DNA from: Takakia lepidozioides | Taxonomy: Eukaryota > Plantae > Bryophyta | Length of the DNA: 64,000 nt | Direction of reading: 5' to 3' | Assembly (NCBI GenBank): GCA_030704615.1 | Contig: CM060732.1 | Coordinates: 45,818,001-45,882,000, forward strand | Shown: piece after piece, positions 25,198 to 37,952 of the stretch | Position numbering within the stretch: position 1 is the stretch's first letter | Layout of the letters: each line of letters begins with the position of its first letter | Made by a program: the position numbers and the translations under genes | Notes under the pieces: model-generated | The model's database searches: none | What the model was told of the DNA's origin: nothing | Seen by the model: only the letters and a program-made list of their open reading frames with translations

Positions 25198-26515
25198 GGC
25201 GCATTCCCCCAGCCCTAATCTGCCCTCGCACGCTGCTGATTCAGTCTCGGCAGCGCAGACGAGCGACCCAGTCTGCATCAAAGCGCCCCGGGACCCTCAC
25301 GTATCTACTCTTCCATCTATTACTACGACTGCGTGTATTCATATATATATTGATACGAATATAGATACTAATACATAGTTTCATATACGTACCTATCCCA
25401 CGCAAACTAGGTAGGTTCGTAGCTAGGTCTGTATATGACCTACCTCTCCTGTGGTGTTTCCCTCCAAAACAAATGAAAAAATGGATATAAAGACTTTTTC
25501 AAAAAGACTATGTTCCAGATGACATTCCCCGTATCTTTCTGCAAAAGTGTTAGCCCGACAGAATTTTCATGGGAGCATATGTGGCTGTCATTCATGCAAC
25601 CGTTGCTGCAGTCTTACATATTTCCAGGCATGTATAGGGTACAATACTGATACCTACCAATTGCACTAGGTACCTTCTCATGTAGGTAAGAGGTATGTAC
25701 CTGCCTAGGTATGCGTACGAGATACGTGTACGGTGCAGTCGGTTGCGTGTACGTAATCATTGACGCACTGCCACAGTCGGGGGAAAGATCCATAGCGCTA
25801 CAGGATTCCCTCACGTTAGCTAACTGGTCGGGTTAGAGCTGCAGCGGGGCGGCGGTAGTAAACGAGGAATTCAGGAAAGCAGGCAGATAGTGGGAGCAGG
25901 GTGGCGAAGTGCATGCACGAAGAGAGGAGCAGAATGTGTGCTTTTGTGGCATTGGAGCGCTATCGCGGACGTGGCTACCACACATCCAGGCCCTCGCATC
26001 TCTTGCCTCGCCTCTAAATCCTCACCTGCCCCTGCACATCTTGTATCAATCCATCTGCGTTTCAGTGCTCTGCACTTTCTCTTCCTGTCCGACTTTCCAT
26101 TCTCCCACCCTGCCTGCAGAAGCTCGAAATTCGTTCTCACATCCACCTCCGAGTGCTGCGGGAATCGACTGAGCAGTGGGTCCAGGAGTATTGCCACAGC
26201 TTGCAAGCTGCTTTAGCCCTTCTAATTTGTTTGGTAGACTTTTGTGGACTTGCTTGAACTGTGGCACGGCGCTGAAATGTTTGGGCGGAGGTCGGAAGGG
26301 ATCTCTATTGGCTTACTCCACGATTGTATACACAAAGTGTTGTTGCAACTTCAGTCGTATCTTTTTCAGCATTAATCCAGAAGTTTTACAGACAGTGCTC
26401 AATTACCTGGAGTAGCCAAGATTTCGATCAGCACATTTCGTTTCCTCGTCTCTTTCTCTGCCACCCAAATTCTGTTGGGAGTACATTTTTAGGAAGTTGG
26501 GAGGAAGTAGAGACC

Positions 26516-27451
26516 ATGGCCGGTCATGAAGTGGTGGCTTTGTATGGCAACGGATCTTACCTGGAGAGCAAGAAGGGGTCCTCGTCTTATGCTGTAAAGG
26601 TAGGACTGGCGCAAATGCTGCGAGGTGGAGTGATAATGGACGTGGTGGATGCAGAGCAAGCCAGGATTGCAGAGGAAGCAGGGGCGACAGCGGTCATGGC
26701 GCTGGAGCGTGTGCCCGCGGACATCAGGGCGGAGGGTGGTGTGGCACGAATGAGCGACCCTGGCCTCATCAAGGAGATTAAGAGGGCTGTCACCATCCCT
26801 GTTATGGCCAAGGCAAGGATTGGTCATTTTGTAGAGGCACAGATCCTGGAGGCCATTGGGGTGGACTACATCGATGAGAGCGAGGTGTTGACACCAGCAG
26901 ACGATGTCAATCACATCAACAAGCATAATTTTCGTATTCCTTTTGTGTGCGGCTGCCGCAACCTGGGCGAGGCTCTCCGCCGTGTGGGGGAAGGAGCTGC
27001 CATGATCAGGACCAAAGGAGAAGCTGGGACCGGAAACGTGATAGAGGCAGTCCGACACATCAGGTCGGTGCTGGGAGAAATTCGAAGGTTGCAGTCGGTG
27101 GATGACGACGAGGTCTTTACGTTCGCCAAACAAATTTCTGCTCCTTATGAGCTTGTCAGGCAAACCAAGCAACTTGGCAGGCTGCCGGTCGTCAATTTTG
27201 CTGCTGGTGGTGTTGCAACACCAGCTGATGCAGCCCTGATGATGCAGCTCGGCTGCGATGGAGTGTTCGTTGGTTCGGGGATTTTCAAAAGTGGAGATCC
27301 TGCAAAGCGTGCTCGCGCCATAGTCCAGGCAGTCACGCATTACAACGACCCTCACATTCTGGCTGAGGTCAGTTGTGGGATTGGAGAAGCCATGGTCGGC
27401 ATCAATCTCGCTGACAAGAGAGTGGAGCGGTTCGCAGCGCGATCCGAGTGA
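26516..27451 (+). CDS. PDX1: Pyridoxal 5'-phosphate synthase subunit PDX1, intronless, 311 aa
   Basis: [40 protein letters not shown] and [19 protein letters not shown]...FVGSGIFKS; catalytic lysines present. ATG in accATGg context at 26516. Confidence 0.98.
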   Translation: MAGHEVVALYGNGSYLESKKGSSSYAVKVGLAQMLRGGVIMDVVDAEQARIAEEAGATAVMALERVPADIRAEGGVARMSDPGLIKEIKRAVTIPVMAKARIGHFVEAQILEAIGVDYIDESEVLTPADDVNHINKHNFRIPFVCGCRNLGEALRRVGEGAAMIRTKGEAGTGNVIEAVRHIRSVLGEIRRLQSVDDDEVFTFAKQISAPYELVRQTKQLGRLPVVNFAAGGVATPADAALMMQLGCDGVFVGSGIFKSGDPAKRARAIVQAVTHYNDPHILAEVSCGIGEAMVGINLADKRVERFAARSE

Positions 27452-29229
27452 AGACCTGATCACTGCAGTCGAGCTCACGAGCCGCATACAACATTTTTAC
27501 TCTCTAGCAGAAAGCAGTTCCACATGGCATACAACCTACTTGGAGGTTTTAGCCAGCCTAGTATCTGCACTACATTATTTTATTCTTGTATTCTTTTATA
27601 GGCAAGCAGCCTGCCCTTTGGATACATGCAGAATTGTGGTTGGGCAAATATATTTTTTTCTCTCTAATAATCCTCAGTTATCTATTCTTATATGTAATGA
27701 CAGGGAAGGTATTTGGTGGTTCTTTTAAAGGTTCTTTGGCCTTTCCGAGCATCTGCCCATTCCTAACTAGACTGGTAACTTCATTTTTTCATCTCCGACG
27801 ATCATAGATAAGAACCACCAAATACGTGCCCTGTTATTTGGTGATACATTTGCGGAGATTGAAATAATCGGAGATGGAGGGCTTTGTGTGTTTTTTTCCA
27901 TAAACCGGGGACAAGGACGGTTCTGGAAACTGTATTTGGATATTTAGCCGTATTAAGAAATTCATATAACTGGAACTGGAGGTTATTAATGCTATGTATG
28001 AAGGATCCGGAACCACCAACTTCCTTTAACTTATGAAAGAAATCAAATAACTACCCAACATTGGTGAACTTGAAGGATACATGTCTCACCAGTGATTTTT
28101 TTCTTAAATTTGAAAAATAGCACGAGTGGCTACACGAAATAGCTATATATTCTGTTCATCCATTGGAAATTTGGATAGAATCATCCTCCTATGTACTTTC
28201 ATCCATTTATATCAACCACATTTGGCGAATTCATCCATTGTTTTTTTTCCTTGTAGAAGTTTGGCGATTTCATCCATGAAAAAATTGGGAATTTACGACA
28301 GAATATTCTATTTTAATGTCTTGAGGTCGCCAGGAAAAAAACACGGTGTCTCACTCACCTCCGCGCTTGGGATTCTAAGCTTTTTGGTGTCATCTGTTTT
28401 GAGTCGGCCTCTGACTGTCCACTGACTCACATGTTCATGGGCAAGGTGATCATCTCATCTCTCTCTCTTATATTTGGCCGAGCCGCCCACATGAAAGGAA
28501 AACCATTGCTGACTTTCACATTTCAACATTTAGGGAAAGTAGAACAATAGATGTAAGAACAAAAAGTTCTTCTTGCATGGAATACAAACGCATTAGGAAG
28601 CAGAGTCTTCCCTTATCAGCCTCTATGGCACTCATTCAGAGGTTATTTTTTCCTCTTTGTATTCCTCGGTCTTTTTGGGTCACTATCTACAAAGTTTCTG
28701 AGGCTACTCTTCCAAAAAACAAAAACAAAAAAAGAAATGCATGGAATGAAAATTCCATCTACACCTTATTCGAGTATATGTGCTAAGAATCAAAATCTTT
28801 TTTGCCGAAACAAAACCTTTTATAATAAAGTTAAACAGGGATACACTCCCCCTGTTGCCAAAATATATATACATATATATATATATAAAATCAAAATCCT
28901 TTGTGTAGTCTTAACAAACGATAAATGTTTGCACAAAAAGAAAACAGACCCCCTCAAAAAATAAATCAGAAAAAAGGAAATAAAAATGGACAGAGGAATG
29001 AATAAGTGGATGGCTTGCTGGATGGATAGTTTACATTTCATCTATAGTTCAGTTTTCATCCATAAAAGTTTCGACCAATAGTGAAGAGCAGAGTTAGGGC
29101 ATGCAGGCGACCCAATAAAAGAATTTGAGAACAAGTGGTGAGGAGAAAATTGAAAACAATAATATAAATGAAAATGAGTAGCGTCAGTGTGACGCAGGGT
29201 TCAAATTCACAGGCCACCAATTCAAACTC

Positions 29230-29344
29230 ACACACATACATATGTATATATATATGTGTATATGTATGTATAAACGCATTATGATGGTCAAGTGTAAGTA
29301 TATGTCGATGCTGGGGGTAGAGACTAGAGACAAGGGAAAGAGAC

Positions 29345-29374
<30 letters not shown>
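29230..29374. repeat. (CA/TA)n and (GA)n microsatellites upstream of the Aha1-like gene
   Basis: cacacatacatatgtatatatatat... at 29230-29272 and (GA)n at 29348-29374. Confidence 0.9.
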
Positions 29375-29375
<1 letters not shown>

Positions 29376-29404
29376 CGTGGGAGAGGGAGGGAGGTGCGAC
29401 GGCG

Positions 29405-30049
29405 ATGGAGGAAGAGCATGGCGCAGCGATGGCGGTGGAGGAAGAGGAAGGGGGAGGGATGGAGGAGGAGAGTAAGCAGGAGCGCAAGCAATCGTCCTAC
29501 ACCTACTGGGTGCGCAGTGTGATGGAGGGAGCAGCGCCGGCCGCGGTTCCCAGGAAGATGTCGGAGGTGGAGATAGCGAAGAAAGGGCCTGCGCATCTTG
29601 GATCGCTGTGGAACCAAGGCGGGACATGGGAAGAGACTTGCCTCAACGGCTGGGCATGGGGGAGGGTGAAGGAACTGATACAGAGTGTCGGGCCGGTGGA
29701 ATTTGCAGACGGCAAGGCTCACGTGATGGAGGTGTCAAGCTGCACGGGTGATGCAACCCTGGTGACTGTGAGGCAGAAGAAGCGCGTTGGATACTCTTTT
29801 GAGATTACGATGCAGTATAAGGGGGAGGTGCTGACGGATGGAGAGAAAGTAGATCTGGAGGGAACAATGAAGGTCCCAGAAGCTTGTTATGGCGAGTTGG
29901 ACGACATTCAGCTGGAGGTGTCTGTGAACCAATCACAGATTGCAGACTCCATGCAGAGGAGCAGGGTCTCGCAGGCGCTGGTGACGACGTTTCTACCAGC
30001 TATCCGAGGGAAGCTTGAGCAATTCGAGTCAGAGTTGAAGCAGAGGTGA
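29405..30049 (+). CDS. Activator of Hsp90 ATPase N-terminal (Aha1_N) domain protein, intronless, 214 aa
   Basis: SYTYWV...GSLWNQGGTWEE....WA..RVKEL...VSSCTGDATLVTVRQKKRVGYSFEI is the plant Aha1_N-only family signature. Confidence 0.88.
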   Translation: MEEEHGAAMAVEEEEGGGMEEESKQERKQSSYTYWVRSVMEGAAPAAVPRKMSEVEIAKKGPAHLGSLWNQGGTWEETCLNGWAWGRVKELIQSVGPVEFADGKAHVMEVSSCTGDATLVTVRQKKRVGYSFEITMQYKGEVLTDGEKVDLEGTMKVPEACYGELDDIQLEVSVNQSQIADSMQRSRVSQALVTTFLPAIRGKLEQFESELKQR

Positions 30050-32349
30050 TGGAACGTTAGGGTCTCAGCTGTAGAGACACGTTACGAGGCACTAACAGAA
30101 GAGTTGGCTTCTTTCGTGGTTCCTCACCTTCATTGCATCCACATTTTGTCCGTTGTGGTCTTCCTCTCCACTTTTACCTTGTTGCACGCCATTCAAACTG
30201 CCTGGTATGGTCATCATCTCTGCTTGCACGCTCACATTTGCGTGGCAGACAAGCATAGACAGACTCTGATTTGGCATCCGTGCTTTATAAGTTTATTTGT
30301 AGCCAGATGATTGACTGCATTTGGCTGTCAGTATCGGAATTGCTTTTCTCCAAGAGAAGAGCTAGGTTTAGCTGAGTCTGAAAGAAGTCCTTTTGACATT
30401 ATGACCCGTGTTATTGCCAAGGGCACATGGATATGAGATCCACATAACCCGGGGGGTAGGGTAGTGTTGGAAGCTTCATCATTTAGATGTGAGTCTGGTA
30501 CATTGGTAATCTTCTTCAAACCTGATTACTTGTGTATCTTAATTTATGAAAAGACTCAGCTTTAATGTAGTTCTCAAGAGTACTTTGGTGTAGATGTACG
30601 TATCCACTCCAGGTTTATATGCTGGTACTTCTTCACTGACCTACTCGAGCTTCACATTGAGCTCCAACTAGGGTTTTCTGGCTACCGTAGCATTATGGGT
30701 GGCTGGATTGCTCCCAGTTGATAAGTTTGTCAAACTCATGCGACATAGACATTCAAATGCCACTTGTCAGGCAATAAATGCTCAGATTAGAGTAGCTGAA
30801 AGTGATGGGGAGAAATGGTGCCTTTGCTTCTTATTCCTAGTTCCAAGCTGCCATACTGCGGAAAGACCTTGCCAATATAAAACCTTTGTATTTTCAGGTA
30901 TCCAGATTCCACGATTTGCCCTAGGGCTCGCTTGGAATCTAGATTCTGGCCACCTGCCCTGGGCAGGTTCAAATCCAAGATTGTTCTTTACAACAGGTTA
31001 AAACCTGGACTGAGAATGATCCAGTATCAGTCACATAAAGGACATGAGCAATAGTGAAATTATGCCCATGATTCCAAAGATCACAAAACTGGTTCCTCTT
31101 GTTGCCCCTCACAAGCATTGCAAATTGTTTCAGGTGTTTTACACTCTACCTCATCAACATATTTAATTGAACCTATTCCCTTTCAGTTGGCTGAAAGCTA
31201 ATGTTGCCTTGGCTTTCAGATTGGGCAGGCACCCTTGCCTCTCACTGGATATGAACAACCTTGCAATGACATCCAATCTACTGTGGCTGTCACATGGCAG
31301 GATGGTCCACTATCCTTTCCTTTCCTTTCCTGGTACTCTTTTTTTGCTGTGCTTTGGTCATGTCCTTCTCAGAATCAATGGCAGCTCATTCCCCTGCACG
31401 TCATCTTCCATGGCCCCTTTGAAATCTTGCAGTTGCTAAACCTACCTCGTGCTTTCTCTCAGTGACTGCCTCCCTATATTCTGCTGTGTTTTCCCTGGAT
31501 CATCTTTGTAGAAAAGGTGTGAGCAGACAACTTGAGCTCCCCATTTTCCATTCTGGTTGTAAGCATTGCCCAACCTAAGGCCCATTCACCTCGCTTTGAG
31601 AGGGGACTTCACCAGAAGGTTTATCTACCTGCAAGGAAGGACAGGATGCTTGCATTCGGTCCCTGACAAATACTTGCACTATCACACCTGCTCTATCCCA
31701 CAACACACAATGCAGAGTGATTTAACTCCGGAACAGTCAACAAAGGAAAAAACCGCTTACATTGTATGTTGGAGTTGTTGGGAACAAGTGATAGTCTGTA
31801 GAGCTGTGGGAGTGAGGAGGCCAGGAAAGGGCATCTCTTAAACCTGCTGTAACATCGCCTTCGTTACGGGAATGGAAGAGCAGTCATTCATCCGTGTGCC
31901 CATAGTCACAATATATCGTGGCTCGCTGCGCTTTGGCTCGTCAGACTTCTGGGTATCTGTCTTTTCTGTAGGCTCATCACCTTGTTTTGTAAGTTAGCAT
32001 TACATGTAGCGACAGGTCCCTGTGCGATCTCGCTCCACCTTTCCCAGTTTTGGATAGCATATTGTATTCGTTGGAAATGGTGGACTCCCCAGTAGGAGCA
32101 GAAGCCACCTCCGAAGCATCACAACAAACATTACTCCTCAGAAATTTCGCCTTGAGCAGTTGTGTATCTTCAGGCTGTGCTGGAAGCCTGCAGACTTCAA
32201 CGTCGCAGAGTTTGCTGTGCAGGTACAAGTCTGGAAACCTTTCTTTGGGGAAAAGTGATCATAGATCACATACAGAAGGCTGGTTGAAAGGAAAAACATT
32301 GAAGTCTTGTGAAGCTCTCTGTCGACAATAACCTGGCAGGGCCCCATCT

Positions 32350-33150
32350 GGGGTGTTTCTTTATTCTGTTGAATGAATTTTAGTTCCAGGGCTGTGGTGG
32401 TGAAGGCTTTTTGGTCTTGTTTTTGATGATAGGTTGTCCTGGCTGTTTTGGAAGAGATTGTTTTGTGAATGGGTGTGTTTGTTTGTCTAGACTACACGGC
32501 GGTTTTGGTCAAAGATCTAGACTCTGCCTGCCATTGGAGAAAGCAGCGATCAGCTTACCATCATTGATGGACGTGACGTTTTAAACTGACAGGCTGCTCC
32601 TCCAAAGATAAGGCAACATTCAAATGTTTGAATTTGGCAAGTGTCTCCACTGCAAACATAAGCGACTGGAAGTTGCAGGCTTGTCTAGGGTGTTTGGCTG
32701 TGGGGTTTGACAAGGTTTCTTGATTTGCAGAATGGATGGTGGCTCTAGGGCAGTGGTGGTTAGAAGGCTTTTTGTTTTGTTTTGAAGAGTGGTTGTCTAG
32801 GCTATTTTTGTTGTTTTTGAGTTTTTGTGAAGATGTTTGTTTGACTAGACCATTCGTCTTTTTTGGTGAAAGAGCTGCAGGGTGCCTGTCATGAGAGAAT
32901 GAGGCAATCAGCCTAACACATGCACCTATCAGGGATGGATGTGGTGCTTTATACTGAAGGCCTGTTTCTCCCAAGACAGGCAACTTGCAAATGTTTGACC
33001 TAGGCGAGTGTCTGGAATGCAAGGTGCATGTTGTCTGGGGTGTTTGACAGTTTTTTTACGTTGTCTTTGTAGGGCAGTGGTGGGTGGAAGACCTTTTTGT
33101 TTTGCTGAGCATCTGCACGAGTGCTTGTTTAGGTGGGTCTAGACTTCCAC
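32350..33150. repeat. Degenerate ~340-bp tandem repeat (about 2.5 units)
   Basis: gggtgttt...agggc.gtggtgg...gaag.c.ttttg...ctagac recurs from ~32350, ~32688 and ~33038. Confidence 0.65.
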
Positions 33151-34392
33151 AACTACACCAAAAGTGTGCCACCAAAACTTCTTGGCGACACTATGGTTGC
33201 ATTGAAAGAGATGGTTGTTGGATCTGTCACAGGAAACTGTAGTCTCAGTTGGAAGAGCAAGAGAATTGACCGACACCATTCAGTGCAGCTTTCGTGTCTA
33301 CAAAGATCTACTGACACTAGGGGGAAACTTCCATGTTGTACAACTCATCCTCTCCTACAGAGGTAGATCCAAGGTTGCAACAGTCCCAATATTCAAATGT
33401 TGCCGACATGGCACAAATGATATAATTCCTCATAACTGGAATTGCTGATAAAATTTGGGCCTGGGCTTCTCAAGGGTATATGGGAGCTAAGACAGAAAGT
33501 CTACAAGAACAAACAGTTGGATGACATTCAACACGGGTCGTCGGTAACTAATCTCGCTGCTCCAAACAATGACAGCATTCCTCCATGCTCCACAATCAGT
33601 ACAGTACCAGCGCTTCTGTCAAGATGGAAGGCTCATTTACAATGATCACATCCATACCCAGAATTTCCTAGCTCACCAGCTTACTCTATCTGGCTCCACT
33701 GTCTCAAGTCAATCAGAGGCGACCGTGTCGCGCACCTGCCCTTTTGCAGTCCAGTAGAATAGATCTCTCTTTCCCCCAACCAAGTAAGTGCAATGGGAGT
33801 CTTTTGAGTAACCTCACATAAGTACTGATTTTGTTCAAATCGCTTCCATTGCAAGAAAACCAAAGCAATTTTCAACAAAATGGAGGAGAGCCAACAGTAC
33901 ATCTAGCATGTACCATTATGACGGATTTGCTTCTCAATGGTAAACACGTAAACACACGTCTGTCGGCTGTTGCAGCCATCATCTGTACACCCTCCAGGAA
34001 AAGTCCCTCTACCCTCAACTCTTGACCTGGTCAAAACGTCACACACGAGGAATAAGCCATAGGGGAGCCAGAGTTCTCTCTCTCTCTCTTTATATTGGAG
34101 CTTTCCAATGTAAACCCCTTCTTATCCCAATACGCCTCTGTAAACTGTGATTTTAAGGAAAAAAGTTGATGGTCAACTGAACACGAAATACTTCATGAGA
34201 GTGTGTGAGTGAGATGACAAGAGTCTCACCCCAAACGCATCCCCAGTTGTGTGAACGACGAGCAGCGAGAGCTCCCTACTTCCTCCTCGCAGCACACTGC
34301 ACTGAAGCAATGCAGGGGGTGGTCAAACGTCTTTGTTTGGAGCCAACAAGAAATCAAACTAATCAGCGAGTGAAATTAAGTCGGTCTAAAAA

Positions 34393-35400
34393 TTAGAAAA
34401 CATTATGTACATATCGTGTCCTTTGCTTATTTCGGTGTTCATTACTTTGTATTAAGTCCCGTAGCCGGAGCATATTCGCATAGTTTGCAACCAATGTTGT
34501 GTGTCCGAAGTCGATTGCAGCGTTCACATCCATCAGTGCCACCTCCAAGTCTCCCAAGCGCCACTTGGCTGCTGCCCGCCAGTATAACGTAGATGGATGA
34601 GTAGGATGATTGGGTTGTAGCTGGATAGCCTTTTCCAAGTACTTCAGAGCTCTCTTATGCTCATGCAATATGAGCATGACCCATCCCTGCATTGCCAACG
34701 AAGGATAATCTTGGTTGGCCCTGCGCAAGCACTCAAGAGCTTCTTCAAAGTCACCCGAAACAAATCCCTTCTCTGACACAGCAGCGGATTATCCTGAAAT
34801 TCCTCGTTTGTACCCAAAATATGGATTTTTCATTTGCCAGCGATAGCTCACCAATCTCTTGCGAGTGGAATGATTGCTCCATCTGACGACGTATTTTCGT
34901 CTCCATCTCAATACACTTTTGAGTGTAGATAGCATTACTGGGCATCAACTTCTCCAGTGTATCGAGATTCTGTCTGGCATCATGGAACTCGTTTCCATCG
35001 CACAGTTGCTCACATCTCCCAATTATCATGTCACTAATGTAGGCACGACATTTCTCGGAGAGATTTTCAAAATCTACCAAGCTCGTACATCCACTGACAT
35101 CCAAAGTTGTGCGCAACCGTTGCAATTGCTCAAAAGATTGTGGCAAACTGACATGTAGTGGCAAATCTGAGATGTCCAATGTCGTCATACTTTCTAGCTG
35201 CCCGATGGATTCAGGCAACTCTCTCAATTTCCGTCTGAGTTGACAGAATATTGACGGTGGCAAATGCTCCAACTTCCTACAATCACGCAAGATGAGCACC
35301 TCCAGCCCCACCAACCTTGCAATGTTTGGAGCACGACGATTCCTCCAATTTGAATTTGTAGCACAAATTCATAATGAGCTCCTTCAACTTTGTCAAATCT
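34393..35400 (-). pseudogene. NLR-type LRR region joined, through a frameshift, to C-terminal TPR repeats; 5'-truncated
   Basis: LRRs LEVLILRDCRKLEHLP, LRELPESIGQLESMTTLDIS and LPQSFEQLQRL..LDVSGCTSL (34751-35314) overlap a second frame with TPRs GDFEEALECLRRA, ALKYLEKAIQLQP and YWRAAAKWRLGDLEVALMDVNAAI (34393-34779). No NB-ARC is visible. Confidence 0.75.
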
Positions 35401-35640
35401 CCAACGGGTAATTCTCAGCTACCTTACAGTTAAGGACGAGGGGTCTAGAAACCTGGCAAAGTGGTTTGATTCGGGTCAAAGGTTAGCAAAGCTTATTCAG
35501 AAGCTTTCCCGATGTCGGATATGCGCGTTTCCCGGATCTGGGAGCTGTGGATCTGTGGATGCGACAAGAGATGGGTCGGGGGTCTGCTGCTGCAGTTTTG
35601 GTTGAAGAGAATTGGGTGGGGTCTGGGGGAAGAATCGAAG

Positions 35641-37952
35641 ATGAAGCAAGCAGGTGTGATGGAGTGCAGAGCGCAGCTGTGGATGGTGGTGGCAGTGCTG
35701 TGTGCGCTACCTAGGGGGAGGTGCTGCAGCGCGGGGATTTGTGCAGGACGGAGGTAGTGCTTGTAAATCGCTGCAGGCTAGTGGGCTGCAGAAGAAAACG
35801 TTCTTGTCTCCCCCCATTGACGTTCCGTCCTGGGGACGTAAAGAACAAACACTTCGTGGTGGATGCTCCGAAGGGCCATCTGGGAATTAGGGACTTCTAT
35901 GCGGAGTTTGTGGACGAGAAGGGCGTGTCTGTGCCTCTGAGCGATGTGTACCTGCACCACTGGATCATGTACGAGTTCTCTGTACCGAGCAACGATGTAG
36001 ACACCCATAAGGAGATGCTACTGAAATCTATGGAGAAGAAGCACTCTTCGTCTCACTCCACCTCACACGCTGCCTCATTTGAAGGCTGCTGGCTCCGGCG
36101 TGAAGCTCTCAGCTGGACAGACGTTGATGCAGTACTTTGGTGTTGGTGCGGAGACCAGGCGCACCAAGTCAACTATCCCCGCGCCCTTTGCTAAAGAGAC
36201 TGCAGCTCCTTCCCTGCTTGCTGAGGGCTACGAGCCGATATGGATTCTTAATGTCCACGGCTTTGACACACGGGGCGCCGTCAACAAAATGGGGTGCACT
36301 GAGTGTCGGTTGCTTCTCTTCTACTCTTCTCTGAAATCTTTTACACCTATTTTGAGGAAGTTCTCCACAGAAAGACAGAATGTAAGGGCCTCGTCCCCGC
36401 CAGTCACTAAATGCCTCACAAATGGCTGCAGCCCGCCATGTTTACCTTAGCCCATAATTTCCATTGACATGGCCCTGAGCTATAGCGGACAACAATCCTT
36501 TGCAGGGAGCTGAGTGATAAATTATGGGCTGACGTTGGCGTCATTTTAAAAGCATGAGATGGATTCCAGTACTGCTCCTCCAGCCCCCTAGCTTGGGGCT
36601 GGTGGAAACACATGTGCTGTGAAACACTGTCTAGAGATAAAGGGCACGAGGAAAAGAGTGAGGCCTTACCAAACTATAATTCAAATTTGCTTATGACATC
36701 ACAAATAGCTCTCCGGAAGTAAAGACTATCAAAAGTAATCATGTGCCGTGTTAACCCTTACAAAGGAAGGTAGAAAATAGAGAAGAATCTAGGGGCCGGT
36801 GTACTGCCACAAGGTCTACAGTGCCTGAACGATCCAGTTGTGTTTATTTTTTTACCCGAATTAGAGGCTACAACAATTTGCAGTCAGCTACTGGATTTGG
36901 GGTGAGATATACTACCCGTCTCATTCCTTTATGATCAGCACATCACACAGTGATTGTGTACTGGGTACTTGCTATCTGTTGTATGGTTGTTCTCATTTGG
37001 GAGGACTTGTAGGTGTGATCTTTACAATGTGACTGTGGACCGCAAAGGAGATCCTTTAGCAGAAAGTTATCTGGGAGGCCTTGAGTGCTGCACAGATGGG
37101 AAGCGCTGTGCTGTGAAGGAGGGCTTTGAAGGTGATGAGCTTGAGATGACCATCTACCTACAGGTGAACTGCTTCACCCCTTACTGTTGTCACCTGGTTT
37201 TCAGTGAGCAGCTTCACTTGAAATTGGCAGAATTGGAAACCTTCAGCTGCAGATAGTACTCAGTGAGTTTTTTGAAGTCTGGGGCCTTGGGTACTGTGGC
37301 TGTCCATCTTTCTGTCCCGCATGCAGATAGACATTGAGGTGGCTTGTTGCTTTTCCCTTAATGCAAGTTTAGCTATTGTTGATCATGACGTGGTAATGAG
37401 TTGAGATGGTACGAGTATGTGCCTCATAAAGTCAGGTCTTCATTTCCTGACAAAATGTGGAAGTGCTGTATGGTGCAGTACACATGGGAATATGTTACCT
37501 GGGATGAGTGCGTTGAGCCCCTGTCAAAGGTGGTCATCGAGGTCACCAAATATATCGAGTACACTGTTGAGGGATGTGGCAACACTGATCCCTCTTCTCC
37601 GGAATGTATAGATACACGGGAGAGGATAATAGTTGCCCCCTTTGGAGGTGATGTGATCTTCGCAGTGTCGCACTTGCATCCTTCAGCCCTGGATTGTACT
37701 CTGTTTGGGGAAGATGGGCGTGTGATTTGCTACTCTCCTCCCATCTATGGTACTGGACAGGAGGCTGGCAATGAGATGGGCTATGTGGTTGGAATTGTGT
37801 CCTGCTACCCTGGGAGTGAAGTCTCAAAGATTGTGGAGGGAGAGCGTTTGCGACTTGAAGTCAAGTACAGCAAAGTAAGGGGTCCCCACAGTGGTGTGAT
37901 GGGCCTGATTGAAATCCAATTGGTTGCTGGGGGGACTGCTTCGGTTGTGTAA
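35641..37952 (+). pseudogene. Stress up-regulated Nod19 (SURNod19)-like gene, 3 exons (~35641-36308, ~37013-37163, ~37479-37952), with frameshifts in exon 1
   Basis: KTFLSPP / PGDVKNK...PKGHLGIRDFYAEFVDEKG.SVPLSDVYLHHW / QYFGVGAETRRT...LNVHGFDTRG...GCTECR|CDLYNVT...YLGGLECC...|YTWEYVTWD...VSHLH...PIYGTGQEAGNEMGYVVG...CYP...HSGVMGL. The exon-1 motifs lie in three different frames. Confidence 0.85.

Noticed and set aside
26324-26515. N-terminal extension of PDX1 in the ORF track
   Set aside because: Begins at TTG. The first ATG (26516) has good context and gives a normal-length PDX1.
26489-27487. 332-aa ORF antisense to PDX1
   Set aside because: Mirrors the PDX1 CDS and has no recognisable motifs; a codon-bias shadow.
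29056-29722. Several Pro/Ser/Leu-rich minus-strand ORFs
   Set aside because: Products of GA/TA microsatellites and the antisense of the Aha1-like gene.
31850-32330. Coding-looking stretch on the minus strand
   Set aside because: No recognisable motif or coherent exon structure; left unassigned.
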